Assembly: GCA_038078715.1 (NCBI GenBank)
Contig: JBBTSU010000006.1
Span: 1 to 53,772, forward strand
Reading direction: 5' to 3'
DNA from: Patescibacteria group bacterium
GTDB taxonomy: Bacteria; Patescibacteriota; Minisyncoccia; Phycocordibacterales; Phycocordibacteraceae
Length of the DNA: 53,772 bases
In this document: one piece after another, positions 17,753-26,465 of the stretch
How positions within the stretch are numbered: the stretch's first letter is position 1
Layout: each line of letters begins with the position of its first letter
The notes under the pieces: generated by a model
What the model was told of the DNA's origin: nothing
The model's input: the letters and a program-made list of their open reading frames with translations, nothing else
Databases searched by the model: none
Made by a program: the position numbers and the translations under genes

Positions 17753-17834
17753 GCCCGGGTGCTGAAATTGGTATACAGGCTACCTTGAGGTGGTAGTGTC
17801 GAAAGGCATGGAGGTTCGAGTCCTCTCCCGGGCA
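17753..17834 (+). tRNA. tRNA-Leu(GAG)
   Basis: GCCCGGG acceptor; anticodon arm CTACC-TTGAGGT-GGTAG; variable arm TGTCGAAAGGCA. Confidence 0.92.
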
Positions 17835-17841
17835 CTGACGA

Positions 17842-17868
17842 AACACCGTGGTTATGCACCACGGTGTT
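17842..17868. terminator. Perfect 11-bp inverted repeat after tRNA-Leu (terminator or processing hairpin)
   Basis: AACACCGTGGT-TATGC-ACCACGGTGTT; weak U-tract. Confidence 0.55.
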
Positions 17869-17904
17869 GTGGCTTCATCTGGGAATCATTGCCATGATAA
17901 AAAT

Positions 17905-18144
17905 ATGAGACAACATTTAATGAACTCCTTGATGGTTTCAATTGAGTGGCGTGTGATTGCGTTCTTGATCACCAACGTATTCCTCTGGTTTGTGACGGGG
18001 CACTTCGGACAGGCAACGGCGCTCGCGCTTGGGCTCCACCTCATTCTTTTCTTTGCGCATTTCCTCTGGCACTTCGTGCGGAGGGAGTATCCTCGGATGG
18101 AGCTTGAAGCAGCCGCTTCCAGAGCATCGGAACGCGTGGTATAA
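17905..18144 (+). CDS. Small 2-TM protein, DUF2061-like
   Basis: SLMVSIEWRVIAFLIT...VTGHFGQA...FFAHFLW parallels the pattern of the 50956 ORF. Confidence 0.6.
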   Translation: MRQHLMNSLMVSIEWRVIAFLITNVFLWFVTGHFGQATALALGLHLILFFAHFLWHFVRREYPRMELEAAASRASERVV

Positions 18145-18155
18145 GTGCGAGACAT

Positions 18156-18231
18156 GGCGACCGTGGTGTAACGGTTAACACTGCAGGTTGTGGTCCTGCC
18201 AATTCGGGTTCGATTCCCGGCGGTCGCCCCA
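18156..18231 (+). tRNA. tRNA-His(GTG), G-1 and CCA encoded
   Basis: G-GCGACCG acceptor, loop TTGTGGT, C73 followed by CCA. Confidence 0.93.
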
Positions 18232-18250
18232 AGGTATATACTGGAGTCAT

Positions 18251-18619
18251 ATGGATTTCATCAAAGAATTTAAAACCTTCGCGCTCCGTGGGAATGCGCT
18301 TGATCTCGCCGTGGGAGTGGTGATTGGAGCGGCATTTAATAGCATTGTGACCTCTCTCGTTACGAACATTCTTACGCCACCCCTCGGCCTTATCATCGGT
18401 GGCGTTGATTTCAGTGATCTGGAGCTTATGATTGGCGGGGAAGCAGCTATTCAATACGGTCTTTTTATTGAAGCGATCATCAGCTTCATCATCACTGCCT
18501 TTGCGCTCTTCCTCCTCATTAAGGCAATGAACAAATTCGTAACGAAACCCGATGTGCCGGTAACTAAGCCTGCAGAGGTGCTGCTGCTCGAAGAAATCCG
18601 CGATCTCTTGAAGAAATAG
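18251..18619 (+). CDS. mscL: Large-conductance mechanosensitive channel
   Basis: EFKTFALRGNALDLAVGVVIGAAFNSIV, LLEEIRDLLK. Start at ATG 18251. Confidence 0.96.
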   Translation: MDFIKEFKTFALRGNALDLAVGVVIGAAFNSIVTSLVTNILTPPLGLIIGGVDFSDLELMIGGEAAIQYGLFIEAIISFIITAFALFLLIKAMNKFVTKPDVPVTKPAEVLLLEEIRDLLKK

Positions 18620-18642
18620 AGGAAGTGCTAGACTAGGGGCAT

Positions 18643-19281
18643 ATGAAACAGCTTCTGCTTGGGGTAGTGCTTCTGGTACTTATCGGTATTGCAGGCTTCT
18701 TTTATAGGAATGCCATAGAGGCACCGGGCCCAGTAGTTGCCTGTCCGCTTGATGCGAAACTCTGTCCAGACGGCTCTTCCGTCGGACGAGTACTTCCGAC
18801 CTGTGAATTTGCGACATGCCGGGTTGCAGAAGGGAAGGTGTCCTACACTCCACCTGCAGGCTACAGGGTAGATGAAAATGCATATGGGGCAGACGCCTCT
18901 CTTCTTGATGCATTCGTGAAGCCATCCCTTTCAGAGAATCCGCAACACACCATTACGGTACGCGAGTACACGATTTCTGAAGGCCAGACTGCAAACGATG
19001 TGATCATTGCGAACACACACTTCTCTCCCTCTGATATGCCGGCAGAATCAATGGATCAGTTTGAGCCAGTGACGATAAGCGGAAAGACGTATCAGTCAGT
19101 AGTGATTGAGCGCTTTGAAGCGGTCGTACACAGTGCGTACTTTCTTCCGCTTGAAGGGAAAGTGCTGAAGTTTGAGATCGTAGAGCATGACGTGGTGGAT
19201 TGGATGGAGCCTACGCTTGCGATCAAGAAACTCCCTGAACATGCGGCGTTCATCCAGATGCTGGGCACCGTTCAGTACTAA
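18643..19281 (+). CDS. Membrane-anchored protein with the CPR-type Cys-rich module (CxxDAKxCPDGSxVGRxxPxCEFxxC)
   Basis: N-terminal TM, then ACPLDAKLCPDGSSVGRVLPTCEFATC, then a PsbP-like region. Confidence 0.7.
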   Translation: MKQLLLGVVLLVLIGIAGFFYRNAIEAPGPVVACPLDAKLCPDGSSVGRVLPTCEFATCRVAEGKVSYTPPAGYRVDENAYGADASLLDAFVKPSLSENPQHTITVREYTISEGQTANDVIIANTHFSPSDMPAESMDQFEPVTISGKTYQSVVIERFEAVVHSAYFLPLEGKVLKFEIVEHDVVDWMEPTLAIKKLPEHAAFIQMLGTVQY

Positions 19282-19284
19282 TAT

Positions 19285-19866
19285 ATGAGTGAAGGACTTG
19301 TCATACAGTCGCCGCGGTACTCAATTGTTGAGAAGAGAACAATTGACGGGCATGACATTACCGTACGGTATGCAAATCAGGAAAGCATACAACGGCTGAA
19401 GGAGCGCATTGAGGCGACTGAATTTACTGACGACTTTGTGCGCAGCCCTCTCGGGGCATTTGTGCAATTTCTGGAACTTCCGATGGTTACAGATGATTTT
19501 GGTACTGATCACTTCGCCCGTACCGACTGGCGCAATGAACTGCTCACGAAAGGTCTTCGGGAAGAATATGATTTTCTTGATACTGGTGTGCTACGTGGCA
19601 ATAACCTGGGAGGTGTGTTGCCTCATTTTGAAGGAATCAAAAGACTCAAAGAAGATCTAGATAGATATGCGGTAGTAAATGGTCAAGACCCCGCAGCACT
19701 GTGGACCATAGTAGAAGCAGGCATGAAGCTCAAGCAGGAGATGGATGAAAAGTACGAAACTATGACCCAGCCGCAACGGGAACGGTTTGTAGAGCGCGTC
19801 GCAGCAATCGTTGAACTTGCTACTCTTGGGCTCGTAAAGTTGTTCGAGAAAAAAGAAATCACTTAG
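19285..19866 (+). CDS. Hypothetical protein
   Basis: 193-aa ORF filling the gap 3 nt after the previous stop; no motif recognised. Confidence 0.65.
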   Translation: MSEGLVIQSPRYSIVEKRTIDGHDITVRYANQESIQRLKERIEATEFTDDFVRSPLGAFVQFLELPMVTDDFGTDHFARTDWRNELLTKGLREEYDFLDTGVLRGNNLGGVLPHFEGIKRLKEDLDRYAVVNGQDPAALWTIVEAGMKLKQEMDEKYETMTQPQRERFVERVAAIVELATLGLVKLFEKKEIT

Positions 19867-20663
19867 TCTACGTATACTTCTGTTTCTATGTAGGATTCAC
19901 CCTCATGACTTTCAGTTCCAAGAAGCATCATCATCGCGAGAAGTCCTAGCAGAATCACGACAAACTGAAGCAGTGAGCGGCGCTTGCCAGTGGTTTTGTG
20001 GAGCTCAGGAATAAGATCTGCAGCCGCGATGTAGATGAACATACCTGCAGTGAACGATGTAATGAGTGGAACGGCGACGTCTCCAAAGGTAGAGAGCCAG
20101 AAGGCAAACCCAACTCCAATGAATGCGGTAAGCGCAGACAGAAAGTTCATTAGAAGTGCTTTGCCACGAGAGAACCCAGCGTGAATAAGAAGACCGAACT
20201 CTCCGATCTCTTGTGGGATTTCATGAAGGGCAATAGCAATTGTCGTTGCAATACCCACTTCAGGGGAGATAAGAAATGCGGCACCAATCGCCACCCCGTC
20301 GACGAGATTGTGAATACCATCAGAGACGAGCACCATGTGCCCGACTGGATGAATCTGCGCGTGGTCAGGAGAATACTCTTCATCGCCGTGACTGTGGTGC
20401 CAGTTAAGGAACTTTTCTAGTACGAAGAAGGTCAAGAATCCGGCGAGGATAAGGAGAGAGACGGTGAGAGTGGACGCCTCCTCAAATGCTTCAGGAATCA
20501 AGTGAATGAATGCATCACCCAAGAGTGCACCAGCTGCAAGAGAGATGAGGAGGAAGAGGCTCTTTTTAAGAAATTCTTGGCGGATAGAAAGCGCAGCAAT
20601 ACCGACAATAGAAATAAGACTGACGATACCAACCGCAAGAAGGCTTCCAAGGAGAGGGGACAT
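19863..20663 (-). CDS. ZIP-family metal (Zn/Fe) transporter
   Basis: GALLGDAFIHLIPE, His-rich loop WHHSHG, DGIHNLVDG, HEIPQEIGEF. Start at ATG 20663. Confidence 0.92.
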   Translation of the reverse strand: MSPLLGSLLAVGIVSLISIVGIAALSIRQEFLKKSLFLLISLAAGALLGDAFIHLIPEAFEEASTLTVSLLILAGFLTFFVLEKFLNWHHSHGDEEYSPDHAQIHPVGHMVLVSDGIHNLVDGVAIGAAFLISPEVGIATTIAIALHEIPQEIGEFGLLIHAGFSRGKALLMNFLSALTAFIGVGFAFWLSTFGDVAVPLITSFTAGMFIYIAAADLIPELHKTTGKRRSLLQFVVILLGLLAMMMLLGTESHEGESYIETEVYVD

Positions 20664-20712
20664 GCCGAAACGGTAGCATGCTAAGTCGTACGTGCAAGGT
20701 ATGATAATAGGT

Positions 20713-21810
20713 ATGAAGTATTTCGCTGTACTTGCCGCAATAGTCTGTCTGCTCCCGTCTGTCTCTTTTGCACAGGTGGAATCTTCGTTTGGAAACAGTG
20801 TCATGCGAGCCCGTGTACTTTCTCTTGAGGCTTCAGGAGAACGTGCGGTTGCGGGCACTGATCTTTCAGAAGCATTCCAACGCCTGTCGGTCGAAGTTAT
20901 AGAAGGGAATGAGAAGGGCGAAATTATAGAGGTGGAAAATAACGCCCCCACCACCCTTTCAGTTGGAGACGTGTTCTATCTTCACAAAGTGTCCGACGAA
21001 TTTGGTACGCAGTACGCGGTAGGGGAACCTGATCGTCGGTGGGTATTGTTTGCGCTTGGTGCATTGTTTATCGTCGTCACCATTGCCGCTGCAGGGAAAG
21101 CGGGCGCACTCTCACTTCTTTCTCTGGTCGTGAGTTTCCTCATTATTATTTATGGACTTGTGCCCGTGCTTTCTTCTGGAGGAGACCCAGTCCTCATCTC
21201 TACCTTCTTTGCCGTAGTGATGCTTGCGGTTGCGATGATCATGACGCACGGATGGAATAGGCCGACGTGGGTCGCGCTTGCTGGGAGCATTGCCGCGCTC
21301 GTGTTCTCGGCGATTGTGGCGCAGGTTGCAGTGGCACTCGCGAATCTTTCCGGGTTTGCGACCGATGAGACGGTGTTCCTGAACTTTGCGACCGATGGTG
21401 CCATTAATCTTCCTGCGCTTCTCTTAGGAGGAATCCTTGTCGGTATCGTGGGTATTCTGAACGACGTATCCGTGTCGCAGGTGCATACAGTCATAGAGAT
21501 CTCTAATGCGAACCCCTCTCTTACGAAGAAAGAGGTGCTTGCCCGGGCCATGCGGGTGGGGCAGGAGCACATGGGGGCGGTGGTGAACACCCTCCCGCTT
21601 GCCTATGCAGGAGCTTCCCTCCCGCTCCTCCTATTGTTCTTTGGGTCAGATGCCTCTCCTTTGTTTATCCTTAACCGGGAGATATTTGCCGTAGAGCTTA
21701 TCCGGACCTTTGCCGGGGGTATCGGGCTTATGTGCTCTGGGGTTATTGCGACCCTACTTGCGGTAATGTTTACGGTCTCACCCCGTCATCGTGATAGAAT
21801 CGCCATATAA
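20713..21810 (+). CDS. YibE/F family membrane protein
   Basis: GILNDVSVSQ, GQEHMGAVVNTLPLAYAGASLPLLL. Start at ATG 20713. Confidence 0.88.
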   Translation: MKYFAVLAAIVCLLPSVSFAQVESSFGNSVMRARVLSLEASGERAVAGTDLSEAFQRLSVEVIEGNEKGEIIEVENNAPTTLSVGDVFYLHKVSDEFGTQYAVGEPDRRWVLFALGALFIVVTIAAAGKAGALSLLSLVVSFLIIIYGLVPVLSSGGDPVLISTFFAVVMLAVAMIMTHGWNRPTWVALAGSIAALVFSAIVAQVAVALANLSGFATDETVFLNFATDGAINLPALLLGGILVGIVGILNDVSVSQVHTVIEISNANPSLTKKEVLARAMRVGQEHMGAVVNTLPLAYAGASLPLLLLFFGSDASPLFILNREIFAVELIRTFAGGIGLMCSGVIATLLAVMFTVSPRHRDRIAI

Positions 21811-21828
21811 TAGTTACGTATTAAATCC

Positions 21829-22638
21829 ATGGACGAGAAATTTTCGTTTGATCAGCTCGCAAGTTCCAAGGCCTTCCGCATGACTGCGGTTGCGGTCCTC
21901 GGCTTTCTTGCACTCTTTCTTCTTGTGAAGACAGTAGACCTTCTTGTGTACGGTGTTGGTCGTAGCGATGTCTATCCTGCAAAGACCATCTCTGTTGAAG
22001 GAACGGGGGAGGCACGCATGATTCCTGACATCGCACAGATTACGTACTCCGTCACGGAGCAGGGTGCAACTGTATCTGAGGCACAGGACAAGGCAACCAC
22101 GAAGATGGATGCTGCACTTGCAGCCGTTGAAGCACTCGGTGTTGAGGAGAAGGATGTGAAGACGGTTGGTTACAACGTCTACCCACGTTACGAATACCAG
22201 CAGTCTTGTTACTCCGGCATCTGCCCACCAGTGACCTCAAGTCCGCGCATCATTGGCTACGAAGTATCCCAGTCAATTGAGCTTAAAGTCCGTGACACGT
22301 CTAAGGCAGGAGAAGTACTTCAGGCACTTGGTACCACCGGTGTCCAGAACATCTCTGGCCCTAACTTCGTTGTAGATGATACAGATGCGGTCAGTGCAGA
22401 AGCACGCGAGCTTGCGATTGTAGAAGCAAAGGAGAAAGCAAAGCGGCTTGCGAAGGATCTTGGCGTATCCCTCGGCAACGTCGTCTCATTCTCTGAGAGC
22501 TCTGGCTACTACCCAATGTACGATTCGTACTATGGAAAGGGGGCCGGTATGGAAGAGGCAATGATGTCCGCTCCATCTCTCCCTGTTGGAGAAGAGGAGA
22601 CCACCATCACGGTCTACATCGTCTACGAGATTCGCTAA
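21829..22638 (+). CDS. SIMPL/DUF541 (BP26-like) protein
   Basis: ISVEGTGEARMIPDIA, YNVYPRY, AKEKAKRLAKDLGVSLG, VYIVYEIR. Confidence 0.9.
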   Translation: MDEKFSFDQLASSKAFRMTAVAVLGFLALFLLVKTVDLLVYGVGRSDVYPAKTISVEGTGEARMIPDIAQITYSVTEQGATVSEAQDKATTKMDAALAAVEALGVEEKDVKTVGYNVYPRYEYQQSCYSGICPPVTSSPRIIGYEVSQSIELKVRDTSKAGEVLQALGTTGVQNISGPNFVVDDTDAVSAEARELAIVEAKEKAKRLAKDLGVSLGNVVSFSESSGYYPMYDSYYGKGAGMEEAMMSAPSLPVGEEETTITVYIVYEIR

Positions 22639-22653
22639 GCGATATTCTCTCTT

Positions 22654-22680
22654 AAAACCGCCCTTCTCGGGCGGTTTTTT
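22654..22680 (+). terminator. Intrinsic terminator
   Basis: AAAACCGCCC-TTCTC-GGGCGGTTTTTT. Confidence 0.85.
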
Positions 22681-22686
22681 GTTGTC

Positions 22687-22715
22687 TTGACGGGTAGTAC
22701 AACGGATAGTATTAT
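22687..22715 (+). promoter_or_regulatory. Sigma-70 promoter of secE-nusG-rplK
   Basis: TTGACG-17 nt-TATTAT. Confidence 0.7.
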
Positions 22716-22756
22716 CCTTCCGTACCAAAGGCCCGCAGGGCTTTTTTATTTGGACC

Positions 22757-22939
22757 ATGAAATCATTCTTCACCTATCTTAAGAATGTGCGCGCAGAATT
22801 GGAGCACGTAGTGTGGCCAAAGCCTCGTACGGCGGTCGGGCACACGATTCTCATCCTTCTCATCTCCGCGTTCACCGCGGCGTTCCTTGCGCTCCTGGAC
22901 TACCTCTTCACGAGCGGTGTCGGTGCTCTTATTCGCTAA
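22757..22939 (+). CDS. secE: Preprotein translocase SecE
   Basis: YLKNVRAELEHVVWP plus a single TM; upstream of nusG. Confidence 0.9.
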   Translation: MKSFFTYLKNVRAELEHVVWPKPRTAVGHTILILLISAFTAAFLALLDYLFTSGVGALIR

Positions 22940-22949
22940 CGCATCTCCT

Positions 22950-23519
22950 ATGGATACTCGCACCTCTCCACAATTCTCAGAAGACGCTATTAATCTTGAA
23001 CCACGTTGGTACACCATCCACACCTACGCAGGGTACGAGAATGCCGTTGAGCGTAACTTGAAACAGCGCATTGAGTCTCTCGGTATGGAAGGGAAGATTT
23101 TTGAAGTGGTCGTGCCTACCGAAAAGAAGATCCGCGTGAAGGGCGGTAAGCGCATTGTAGAAGAAGAGAAGATCTACCCAGGCTACATCCTCGTAAAAAT
23201 GATCGTGGATGAGGACTCTTGGTTTGTGGTTCGTAACACACCTCGCGTGACTGGGTTTGTGGGTTCTGGCACCACGCCGGTTCCTATGGAGGAATCAGAA
23301 GTTACTACCCTTATGAAGCGCATGGATGCGGAAGCACCGAAGCACCGCATTGATCTTGCCAAGGATGATCCTGTCATCATCGCCGATGGTCCATTCAAGG
23401 ACCTTGAAGGAAAGGTGGGCGAAGTGGATGAGGAACGTGGCAAGGTGAAAGTCATGGTTGCTATGTTCGGTCGCGAGACCCCTGTGGAGCTAGACTTCTT
23501 GCAGGTTCGTAAGCTCTAG
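22950..23519 (+). CDS. nusG: Transcription factor NusG
   Basis: RWYTIHTYAGYE, IYPGYILV, VRNTPRVTGFVG, FGRETPVELDF. Start at ATG 22950. Confidence 0.97.
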   Translation: MDTRTSPQFSEDAINLEPRWYTIHTYAGYENAVERNLKQRIESLGMEGKIFEVVVPTEKKIRVKGGKRIVEEEKIYPGYILVKMIVDEDSWFVVRNTPRVTGFVGSGTTPVPMEESEVTTLMKRMDAEAPKHRIDLAKDDPVIIADGPFKDLEGKVGEVDEERGKVKVMVAMFGRETPVELDFLQVRKL

Positions 23520-23536
23520 CGTAAAGTCACATAATT

Positions 23537-23956
23537 ATGGCAAAAGTAGTAAAGAAAATTAAACTCCAGATCCCTGCAGGAAAGGCCACCCCGGCCCCTC
23601 CGGTCGGTACCGTACTTGGTCCGGCAGGTGTGAACATTGGAGACTTCGTTAACAAGTTTAATGAGGCCACTAAGGATAAGATGGGGGACATCATCCCCGT
23701 AGACCTTTCCGTCTACGAGGACCGCACCTTCAGCTTCGTGCTTAAGACTCCTCCGGCGTCCCGCCTCATTTTGAAGATTCTTGGAATTGAGAAGGGATCC
23801 CAGAAGCCAGGCGGCAAGAACGCAGCCACACTTACGAAGGCTCAGGTTCGTCAGGTTTCTGAACAGAAGATGCCGGACTTGAATGCCGCCTCTCCTGAAG
23901 CAGCCGACCGGATCATTGAGGGCACGGCCCGCTCAATGGGAATAGACGTGAAGTAA
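23537..23956 (+). CDS. rplK: 50S ribosomal protein L11
   Basis: [36 protein letters not shown]. Confidence 0.97.
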   Translation: MAKVVKKIKLQIPAGKATPAPPVGTVLGPAGVNIGDFVNKFNEATKDKMGDIIPVDLSVYEDRTFSFVLKTPPASRLILKILGIEKGSQKPGGKNAATLTKAQVRQVSEQKMPDLNAASPEAADRIIEGTARSMGIDVK

Positions 23957-23958
23957 AC

Positions 23959-23985
23959 AAAAACCCCGCCTCAAGCGGGGTTTTT
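23959..23985. terminator. Bidirectional terminator between rplK and folA
   Basis: AAAAACCCCGC-CTCAA-GCGGGGTTTTT. Confidence 0.85.
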
Positions 23986-24472
23986 ACTTATCAAGTGTGA
24001 GATACGTGTACGGAGGATTGTGATCCAAATGAGAAATTTCCTCAATCACTTTCGTAAACTCTGAGTAGTCAGGGAAAAACACATCACCTGGAGAGTCATC
24101 ATGCACGAGGGTGAGATAAAGACGGTCCGTGTAGGGGAATGCATCCTTAAAAATGCCGCAGCCACCAATGATGTAAATCTCTTCGGAACCTGGCGCGTTC
24201 TTTGCTGCTTCTATCGCTGCTTCTATGGAAGAGACGACGATCGCACCAGGTGCTTCATACTCAGGATTGCGAGTCACCACAATATTCGTGCGTTTCGGGA
24301 GTGGACGACGCTCAGCGGGGAGTGACTCCCAGGTTTTACGTCCCATGATAATGGGATGGTTCCGGGTGAAGTTGCGGAAGCGCTCTAGGTCTTCAGGAAT
24401 ATCCCAGACCAAATCATTATCCTTTCCGAGGACTTTGGTGTGCGCTCCAATAGCGGCAATGGCAGCAATCAT
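23984..24472 (-). CDS. folA: Dihydrofolate reductase
   Basis: LGKDNDLVWDIPEDL, IMGRKTWESL, RPLPKRTNIV, IIGG, GDVFFP. Confidence 0.95.
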   Translation of the reverse strand: MIAAIAAIGAHTKVLGKDNDLVWDIPEDLERFRNFTRNHPIIMGRKTWESLPAERRPLPKRTNIVVTRNPEYEAPGAIVVSSIEAAIEAAKNAPGSEEIYIIGGCGIFKDAFPYTDRLYLTLVHDDSPGDVFFPDYSEFTKVIEEISHLDHNPPYTYLTLDK

Positions 24473-24924
24473 GATTTCAAGATATCACGCGCATGCGTCT
24501 CGTGCGTAAAGAGCTGTTCTCCTTCTGCAACGCAGACATAATCCACGGGCTGATCCCATGGCTGGCGGAGAAGGGGAGCCTCAGAGAACTGGGAAGGGTA
24601 GCAAAAGCCTACACGAAGCCAGTTCTTCGGGAGGTATCCAAGGAAGCGGTCATACCAGCCTCCACCTCTGCCGTGTCGGGTGCCGAGTGCATCAAAGGCA
24701 CGGCCAGGTACGAAGACTGCAACAGGACTATCTTTGAACGCCACACGCACTGCCTTGGCTTCTTCTTCGGGATTGAGAGAGGCACGTGGGGTGACGGTAT
24801 GGGTCGGGGCCTCCTTTGGAAGAGAGAGGTAATCCAAGAAGGGTACTTCCGTCTTGAGTGGGACGTACGTAACAAAAGCGCCATAGGCGCTTAGGACATC
24901 TGCTACTTTGATTTCTTGTGCCAC
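24469..24924 (-). CDS. fau: 5-formyltetrahydrofolate cyclo-ligase (short form)
   Basis: VPGRAFD..GTRHGRGGGWYDRFL and WDQPVD; GTG start overlapping dcd. Confidence 0.8.
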   Translation of the reverse strand: MAQEIKVADVLSAYGAFVTYVPLKTEVPFLDYLSLPKEAPTHTVTPRASLNPEEEAKAVRVAFKDSPVAVFVPGRAFDALGTRHGRGGGWYDRFLGYLPKNWLRVGFCYPSQFSEAPLLRQPWDQPVDYVCVAEGEQLFTHETHARDILKS

Positions 24925-25601
24925 GATTGTTTCTTTTTAATATCGCGATCCTTCCAGAGTTTCGGCAGCATCATCTCCGGCTTCCACTCCTTCTTGAGAC
25001 GATTAAGCTCAGTTGAGCTCTGGTACTTTCCTGCGGCCGCGTAGTCCTTCTTCAAGATAGGGCCGGTTTCAAAGAAGACGATCTGTGCGATGCGGCGTCC
25101 AACCACAAGAGGGATGATGTAGTGACGAGAAGAGTTTGAGATCTCCATGGTCCAGCGGTTGATGTAGCCGACATCACCCCAGCCCGCACACTTACAGACG
25201 TTAATGAAGTCACGTCCAAGAGAGGAGCGCGCCTTCATCATGGTGGTCACGGTGTCGCGTCCACCGATGAATTCATTCGTGTGTGCAAGAATAGTTTCTC
25301 CTGGTTCAAGGAGAATCACCTTGTCGTCAGGGCGGATACCGTCAAAGTCAAAGTTGAACTCTTGAAGGCAGTCCTTTGCATAGTCCGCGCGGTGTGGCTC
25401 GGTACCCCAGATAAGTTCCGTATCTTTCTTGCTGTAGAGGTTGAAGAGATTCTTGTAGCGCTTTGGTTTCTGTTCGCGGTAGTACCACTCACCAAGCGTG
25501 ACGTCCATTGAGGACGTACAGAGATTTTCTTTATCAAAGGGCTCAATCACAATAGAGCCCGCCTTCATGTGTTCAAGAATCTTTTTGTCTGAAAGTGCCA
25601 T
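24903..25601 (-). CDS. dcd: dCTP deaminase
   Basis: MALSDKKI, SSMDVTLG, ARSSLGR, TMEI, RIAQIVF, GKYQ. Confidence 0.88.
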   Translation of the reverse strand: MALSDKKILEHMKAGSIVIEPFDKENLCTSSMDVTLGEWYYREQKPKRYKNLFNLYSKKDTELIWGTEPHRADYAKDCLQEFNFDFDGIRPDDKVILLEPGETILAHTNEFIGGRDTVTTMMKARSSLGRDFINVCKCAGWGDVGYINRWTMEISNSSRHYIIPLVVGRRIAQIVFFETGPILKKDYAAAGKYQSSTELNRLKKEWKPEMMLPKLWKDRDIKKKQSWHKKSK

Positions 25602-25611
25602 AGTCCGAGGA

Positions 25612-26445
25612 TTATATCGCCATAGGGGCCTTAATAGTAGGGTGGGATTCGTAGTTCTCTAGCTTGATGTCATCCATGGTGAACTTATCTATTTCCATCA
25701 CCTCAGGATTGAGCCAGAGGGTAGGGGAGGCGAGGGGTTCACGAGTAAGCTGCTCCTTCACCGCATCAAAGTGGTTCTTATAAATATGTGCATCGCCAAG
25801 CACGTGTACGAATTCTCCTGGTTTGTATCCCGTTACCTGCGCTACCATCATCAAGAAGAGGGAATAGGAGGCAATGTTGAAGGGTACGCCGAGGAACATG
25901 TCACAACTGCGCTGATACATCTGCATAGAGAGGCGACCATCGGCGACAAAGAATTGGAACATAACATGGCAGGGAGGAAGTGCCATCTGATCAAGCTCTC
26001 CTGGATTCCAGGCAGAGACGATGAGACGACGTGAAGTAGGATCGGTCTTAATGCGCTCAATCACTTCTTTTATCTGATCTACGGTACCACCATCGGGTTT
26101 CTGCCAGCTCCTCCACTGCACACCGTAAATACGACCGAGATCGCCAGGGAACTTTGCTTTTGGTTTCCAATAGTCTGCTTCTGCGTTATCCGTCCAGATG
26201 GTGCGCTCGCTTCCGTTTAATTCTTTTAAACGGTTGTCATCATTACTTCCTTCAAGGAACCAGAGAAGCTCGCTCTTCACTGCTTTGAATGCGAGTTTCT
26301 TGGTGGTGATGGCAGGGAATCCGTGTGCAAGATCAAAGCGCATCTGGAATCCAAAAAGTCCTCGGGTGCCGACCCCCGTGCGGTCATTACGATCTACCCC
26401 TTCCTCATAGATTTTTCGTAAACTGTGCAAGTAGGGCTGCTCCAT
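25612..26445 (-). CDS. thyA: Thymidylate synthase
   Basis: [55 protein letters not shown]. Confidence 0.97.
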   Translation of the reverse strand: MEQPYLHSLRKIYEEGVDRNDRTGVGTRGLFGFQMRFDLAHGFPAITTKKLAFKAVKSELLWFLEGSNDDNRLKELNGSERTIWTDNAEADYWKPKAKFPGDLGRIYGVQWRSWQKPDGGTVDQIKEVIERIKTDPTSRRLIVSAWNPGELDQMALPPCHVMFQFFVADGRLSMQMYQRSCDMFLGVPFNIASYSLFLMMVAQVTGYKPGEFVHVLGDAHIYKNHFDAVKEQLTREPLASPTLWLNPEVMEIDKFTMDDIKLENYESHPTIKAPMAI

Positions 26446-26465
26446 ACAGGCAGTATACTAGGGGT
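26446..26465. promoter_or_regulatory. Palindromic bidirectional -10 element shared by thyA and tmk
   Basis: CAT-acaggc-AGTATACT-aggggt-ATG: TATACT on each strand, exactly 6 nt from each start codon. Confidence 0.65.

Noticed and set aside
17835-17872. Hammerhead ribozyme (CTGACGA followed by a stem)
   Set aside because: The stem is followed by GTGG rather than the required GAAA, and no stems I/III are evident.
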